A DNA stretch of 64,000 nucleotides from Podarcis filfolensis (lineage: Eukaryota): NCBI GenBank assembly GCA_964270895.1, contig OZ185445.1. One strand, written 5' to 3'. Positions 58,401 through 64,000 of this stretch are shown here, piece after piece (position 1 is the stretch's first letter; each line of letters starts with the position of its first letter). The notes beneath the pieces are model-generated. The model made no database searches and was not told where the DNA came from. It worked only from the letters and a program-made list of their open reading frames with translations. The translations under genes were made by a program, and so were the position numbers.

Positions 58401-61400
58401 CTTTTAGTCTTAACGTTTTCTGATTATTACCTGTGTCTCCCCCCCCCATCTTCTTTCTTGTTCTTTTTGCATTTTCCTTTTATGCAAATCACACCAGCAA
58501 TGCCTGTTGAAGGACAGTATATAATTTTAAAATACTTTTTTAATACTTAAAACAGGCAGAGTTGCCATTTTGTTCCTGGCAAAAGGGTTTTTTGCTGGAT
58601 GTTTATTGCTGGCCAGGGATTCCATCCGTCCCTTGTCTAAATAGAGCCCTGGAGTTTGTGGCTGCAAGGGTCAATTGCTGCCCTTCTAGGCCATGGAGCC
58701 TCTCACACAGTAGATTCTGTGTGCTGGTGGATTGCGTCTTGGTGGGGGCATAGACTGGATTCTGTGATAATCTTATGGCACACCTGCTTTCATCCACTGT
58801 TGACTGGTTCCTTCCCTCCACAGGGTACTGCAGTAATGGTGGCGTTAGCAGGGATGCAGTGAAGTGGCTGCTGGCATTGTTTCATTCTTCTTCTTCCTTT
58901 ATGCTGGTATTGTTTTGCTTTCTACTCTGCCGCTGGGAATACATAGGATCACAATTACATGATGCTCCCACCGGATTGCCCTGCCCATCTTTTTGCAAGC
59001 TGCCAAATTCATTTTCACTTCTCCTGTTTATCAGGGGACTGCTTTGTTGGAGAGATAAGTAATTTGTACGTTTTGACGTTTTAATCCATCGTTTGTATTT
59101 CCTGGTGTTGCTGTGGTTCAGTTCCCAGGGTCTGGAGGTCTGTTGTTGAGATTAAATTTCAGCTTCACTTTACATTGTCAGGTTTCTCATGGTTACCTAA
59201 ATCCTGATAACAGTTGCCATAAAAAGGTCTAATTGAAATCTGTGGTTGGAACTTCACCCCGCCCCTCAATAGCAAGCTTGAATGTGTTTTGGAGCATGAA
59301 TTGTGGGATTGTGAGAACTCCTTTGTTTATTTATCCCTTGTACTTTTAGAGAAAATTGGAATAATGAGGGGGCAGTGGCCTGCTGGAAGCTTAGAAAGCA
59401 AATTTAGCCTTGGGAACAGAACTATTATGGGTAAGAGAGAAAACAGAAAAAATTACTTTCTCCATACTCAAGCTGCTGCCAAGCTATTACCTAAACCTTG
59501 TATGTCAGACAGTTTCCCTCCTGAAAGGCTATTCTCCACACACTGCCTCCCACACACTTGGTTTTCCTAAAGTTCTTTTTTTCTGATACTACTATTGTTC
59601 CTATTGTGTTACTATTGTGACAAACTGTGGAGGGGGTTGCCTTACTGACCAGTCCCCATTTTTTAATTTATAGGCTGCTACCAGGCAGAATAGGTCTCTT
59701 TTTCTCTGTGCGAGAGAATATATGAACCCCAGGGTGATATGAAACAAAGTTTTACTCAAAATAGACCCACTGAAATGAATGGGCCTAACCTAAGCTTGGC
59801 TCTTTCCTAAAATGGATTGTTTGGCACTATCTTCTTCTTGTTGTTGTTGTTGTCATTGTCATTTAGTCGTATCCGACTCTTTGTGACTCCATGGACCAGA
59901 GCACCGCTAGGCACTCCTGTCTTCCACTGACTCCCGCAGTTTGGTCAAACTCATGCTTGTAGCTTCGAGACACTGTCCAACCATCTTGTCCTCTGTTGTC
60001 CCCTTCTCCTTGTGCCCTCAATCTTTCCCAACATCAGGGTCTTTTCCAGGGAGTCTTCTCTTCTCATGAGGTGGCCAAAGTATTGGAGCCTCAGCTTCAG
60101 GATCTGTCCTTCCAGTGAGCACTCAGGGCTGATTTCCTTAAGAATGGATAGGTTTGATCGTCTTGCAGTCCATGAGACTCTCAAGAGTCTCCTTCAGCAC
60201 CATAAATCAAAAGCAGCATCTCTGATTCCAGTGTCTCTGTGGCCAGCCAGAAAATTCCTAAGAGGGTAGTGCCACTTTTTTTAACTCTACACCTACATGT
60301 CAAAAGAATGAGCCAATTTTATCCAGCTATCTCTAATGAAAAAAAGGAGTACAGTGGTACCTCGGGTTACATATGCTTTAGGTTACAGATGCGTCAGGTT
60401 ACAGACTCCGCTAACCCAGAAATAGTGCTTCAGGTTAAGAACTTTGTTTCAGGATGAGAACAGAAATCATGCTCCGGCGGCAGCGGGAGGCCCCATTAAC
60501 TAAAGTAGTGCTTCAGGTTAAGAACAGTTTCAGGTTAAGTACGGACCTCCGGAATGAATTAAGTACTTAACCTGAGGTACCACTTTACTGTAATTTCAAA
60601 AATGTTTATTCGGAGACAAAGCCTTTAAAAATATGTTTATTCATCTTCATCATAGGAGTCTGAACTCCCCAGACACTAGTTGGCATTGTTGAGCTACATC
60701 TGAACATATGGTTTCGCCACACTATATATGGATTTACCTCAAATTTTCTATCCCCTTCCCCAGTTTTCTTCTGGGCCTTCATGTCTCTAATCCTAGTCCT
60801 TATCAAAACATTTCAGATGTATAAAAAACTTCAGAATCTTTCATCTCACCTTATATTTCTTAATAGTTAATCTCCACAAGTGCACCTGTAATTTCCAGTT
60901 AACCCACTGACTTTTTGCTATATTGCTTCTTTTGCTATTTAGCTTCTCCCCTCCTTCTGTTTACAGGGCAGGTGGTCCAAGGGTTTTACTCAGAATGACA
61001 TTAGGAACAGAAATTACTTCAGCCTTCAAGGCCTCATCCTGTAGTGCATCAGACCGAAACTTCTTGAAATGGGATTTACCGCCAGAGCAAATTAGAACAA
61101 GGACTGAAGAACTTATCAAGAAAACAAAGCAAATCTACGACAGCATTGGAATGCTTGATATGGAAGAGGTTACTTATGAGAACACTGTACAGGCTTTAGC
61201 AGATATAGAAGTGGAGTATTCAGGTAATTGTGACTTGGCTGAGTATCAATTTCAGTTTGCACCAGAAGGGGAGAGACTAAATTTGTGAAATCAGATTTCT
61301 AAGTACAGGTGTTTATAGGAAAATATAACAGCAGGGGCATGATATTGTATGGAATTAGATTTTCAGCAATGTGATTTTATAACAACTTTGAATTGTGCAG

Positions 61401-61801
61401 GCTAGGTAGGAAGTTGACCATTTAGGGCTTTGCATGCATATGGAATTAGCCAAGAAAACACTTTTTCTGCTTGACATTCTACGAAAAGCTCAAACAAATC
61501 TTGAAATAGTAACGGGTTTTTTTTAAAAAAAAATTCTAGATAATTTGTTCATAGTGGGAAGGTCTCTTCCTCCAAATGACTAGTACTGAGTACTGCTGTT
61601 ATCCTCTGTCTTTTGTTTATTTTGGGGTTGTTTATATTTGGTTTTCTTTTAGTGGAAAGAAGCATGCTGGATTTTCCACAACATGTCTCACCTGATAAAG
61701 ATGTCCGTGCAGCAAGCACAGAAGCTGATAAGAGGCTTTCTCACTTTGATGTTGAGATGAGCATGAGAGAAGATGTATTCCAAAGGGTTGTCCATTTACA
61801 G
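55443..61801 (+). CDS. NLN: Neurolysin (M3 metallopeptidase), 5' part: coding exons 1-3; gene continues beyond the window
   Basis: join(+): 55443-55483, 60967-61223, 61653-61801. [32 protein letters not shown]...[27 protein letters not shown]...[50 protein letters not shown]. Confidence 0.96.
57511..57528. repeat. (GT)9 microsatellite
   Basis: Direct reading. Confidence 0.95.
59831..60220 (-). mobile_element. RTE Bov-B LINE 3' fragment
   Basis: Minus-strand frame reads [66 protein letters not shown], the Bov-B ORF C-terminus; (CAA)n tail. Confidence 0.92.
60352..60585. mobile_element. Tc1/mariner MITE, same family as 48976-49218 in opposite orientation
   Basis: CAGTGGTACCTCGGGTTAC...TTAACCTGAGGTACCACT; TA flanks. 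Confidence 0.87.
60967..61223 (+). CDS. NLN: NLN coding exon 2
   Basis: 257 nt, ttacag|G GCA GGT..TAT TCA G|gtaatt. Confidence 0.96.
61653..61801 (+). CDS. NLN: NLN coding exon 3
   Basis: 149 nt, ttttag|TG GAA AGA..TTA CAG|gtaaaa. Confidence 0.96.
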
Positions 61802-62309
61802 GTAAAAGAAGTGGGGAAGATTACTTGTCAGCCATTTGCCTAGGTGCCTTATAATGCCAAGTCTTACATGAAGTTCTGCCTATGTGTTCAGTGCTTTCCA
61901 GCATCTGTTAATTTTTTTTACTTAAGAAATGGAGAGATAGCTGTGTCTGCTGTGGTTCAATAGAAAGCTGGAAGAAATGGTTAACACTTCTCAAGAAGAA
62001 TTCAGTAAGAAGAAATGACCTGTGGTTTACACAGCTGCTCCAGGCAGTGGAAAAAAAAGGGATTGCAACGTAATCAATTAAATATGTTTTCATTTCGATG
62101 GTTGGATATTTCTGATCGTTTAATATTTCCTTAAAATAAAACACCCGTTGGCTTGCATCCAAACATCACACAAGAAAATCACAAATCAAAATAAATCAGG
62201 AAGGGGGAAAATCACAATAAAAGCAAATCTAATGAAAACAATTTCAGCATTAACTCGTCAGATTAAGATCAGTACAAAAAAAAAAGAAAAAAGCAGACCA
62301 AGTAGGACA

Positions 62310-62408
62310 GCCCCTGGCTGTCATGGCAGATTTAGCTGAGATTCCTGCAAAACGGGTTTGGACTAGATCACCCATAGGGACCCTTCTGACTTTACAATTA
62401 TGTGGTTC
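62310..62408 (+). mobile_element. CR1 LINE 3' end fragment
   Basis: CTGAGATTCCTGCAAAACGGGTTTGGACTAGATCACCCATAGGGACCCTTCTGACTTTACAATT. Confidence 0.65.
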
Positions 62409-64000
62409 ATTGTATGTCTCCCCCCGCACGCACACACACCAGGGCTTAGTTCCTGAGTTTATGAAGTGCATTTTGCATCCAACATACCTTGCAAAAAAGA
62501 ATTGGGCCCCATCAGCTGCTAGAACTTTTCTATAGGGATATACTAGAATGTTGAACAGAATATCCCACCTTTGCTTAGGCCATTTTTACAGCACTTAGCC
62601 CTGTACTTGATCTAGAAACTGAAGGCCATGGAATATTTCTCCACCATTGTTTGATAACTGGAACTCATTTTCTCTGCACCTAAATAAATCTTTTGTAGCT
62701 GCAATCTAGGTCAATTAAGAAAAGCTTTGCTATAGTTAGCAATGGATTTTAGCAATGCTACTGCTTGTTAGAAAACATTGGTCGTGCGCAGGAGCAATGC
62801 ACTTCTTTGGTGATGTTAACTTATTGCACAACATTCAGATTAGACCATACTTTATATACACTTTCATCTCAAAGTAGTCACTTCTGTAAGTGGCACATGT
62901 AGACAGAATAAGAGGCTGATATGAAGATAGGTTGATACAATTCCACTGCTGGGCATTTGCATAGGCCTTAATATAATATCTGTTATTTGCTAGTTACAGT
63001 TAAGTGTCTATTGTTAGCAGTGTACAATGATAAAAGTAAAGACTAACCCTGTTTTTAGGCTTATCGTCTACAAAAGCTGCTTGTGAATGGTGTTGCAAAT
63101 GCTTTATTTATTGGAGATGCAGCTTTTACCATACGGTGAAATGTGATCACTTGTGTGGGTCACAATTTGGTTATCTTCATTGTCATATATTTTAATCCTA
63201 TTGTAGCATTTTTACTTTTTTGTTTCAAATCAAAATAAAGCAGGATTTTTTCCATTATTTGTGATAATGTTTGAGCTAATGCTATACTTGAAGAGCCCTT
63301 GTCTTACCAAAATTCCCACCACTCTTTTGGTTACTTGCCTTGAATTGCTTTTTAAAATGTTTTGCTGTCAGCAGTTTTATTTTGTTGTTTGAACAGGAGG
63401 GATAACCCATCATAAACTGCTTCTTCTCTTCCTGGTGACAGCTGAATTACATTTGTGACAAATTTCTACACTATTCATTGGAGCGTTTTCATTATAAAAA
63501 GAAGCAATGCTCAGTCAGGATGCCTCTGTCTAAAAATGATGATTCTCAGTAGGAGATTCCGTTGCCTAGAGGGGTTTTCCTGTAATTTAATTCCTGTTTT
63601 GCTGATGAGCAGAAGGAAGCCTCTAGTGTGATCTCTTTGGCTAAACGCTTCATCTTCTATTTGTTGAATTAACATTAACGTTTTATTAAATTTCTTTTTC
63701 ATTATGCTGGTAGAAACATATATGAAAAGAGGGCAAGATAAACATGGGTAGAAAAAGCTAAGGGATGGACCTTTGCCAGCATTTGCTGCCCTCCACAGTG
63801 TAGATCTTGTGACCTAATGTATAGGACTGGGAGAAAATGGCCTTCTGAAGTCCTCCAGTTTATTTGCAAGTGGGGGGAATAGGGAGGAGGCATAATTGGG
63901 GGGGGCAAAATTCTCCAACATTTTCAGAGTTAGAAAAAACAATTCTCAGAATAAAATTCTTTTATGGGAAATTTTGGTCTGGAAATTTTGAACTCAATTA

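Noticed and set aside
60012-60269. Plus-strand [32 protein letters not shown]
   Set aside because: Antisense reading of the Bov-B fragment
61802-64000. NLN exon 4
   Set aside because: No ETCDL..KPEARRYLEK-like frame found; presumably beyond the window

Overview
Vertebrate genomic DNA from a squamate reptile, most likely a lacertid lizard; this is inferred from a Sauria SINE, a Bov-B LINE fragment and squamate-type CR1/L2/MITE repeats. The window holds the compact cluster syntenic with human 5q12.3, with exon boundaries read by hand from the sequence. TRIM23 (-) is complete: 11 coding exons, 578 aa, one GC-AG intron. It is head-to-head with TRAPPC13 (+), complete with 13 coding exons, 416/417 aa, an 18-nt microexon and a NAGNAG acceptor. 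SHLD3 (+), the shieldin subunit, has a single 246-aa coding exon nested in TRAPPC13 intron 1. SGTB (-) is complete (10 coding exons, 304 aa), tail-to-tail with TRAPPC13 and head-to-head with NLN (+), of which coding exons 1-3 lie in the window. There are two CpG-island bidirectional promoters, a 200-N assembly gap, and many intronic MITEs, SINEs and LINE fragments. No prokaryote-type systems, CRISPR arrays or genuine tRNA/rRNA genes were found. I found no clearly new gene family. The most interesting signals are regulatory: a ladder of upstream ORFs in the predicted SHLD3 leader, an in-frame stop-free SGTB intron, the GC-AG intron inside the TRIM23 ARF domain, loss of the mammalian downstream Met in NLN, a QKI-motif-flanked microexon, and composite non-autonomous DNA transposons. 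Comparisons to human proteins are from memory and should be confirmed by alignment.
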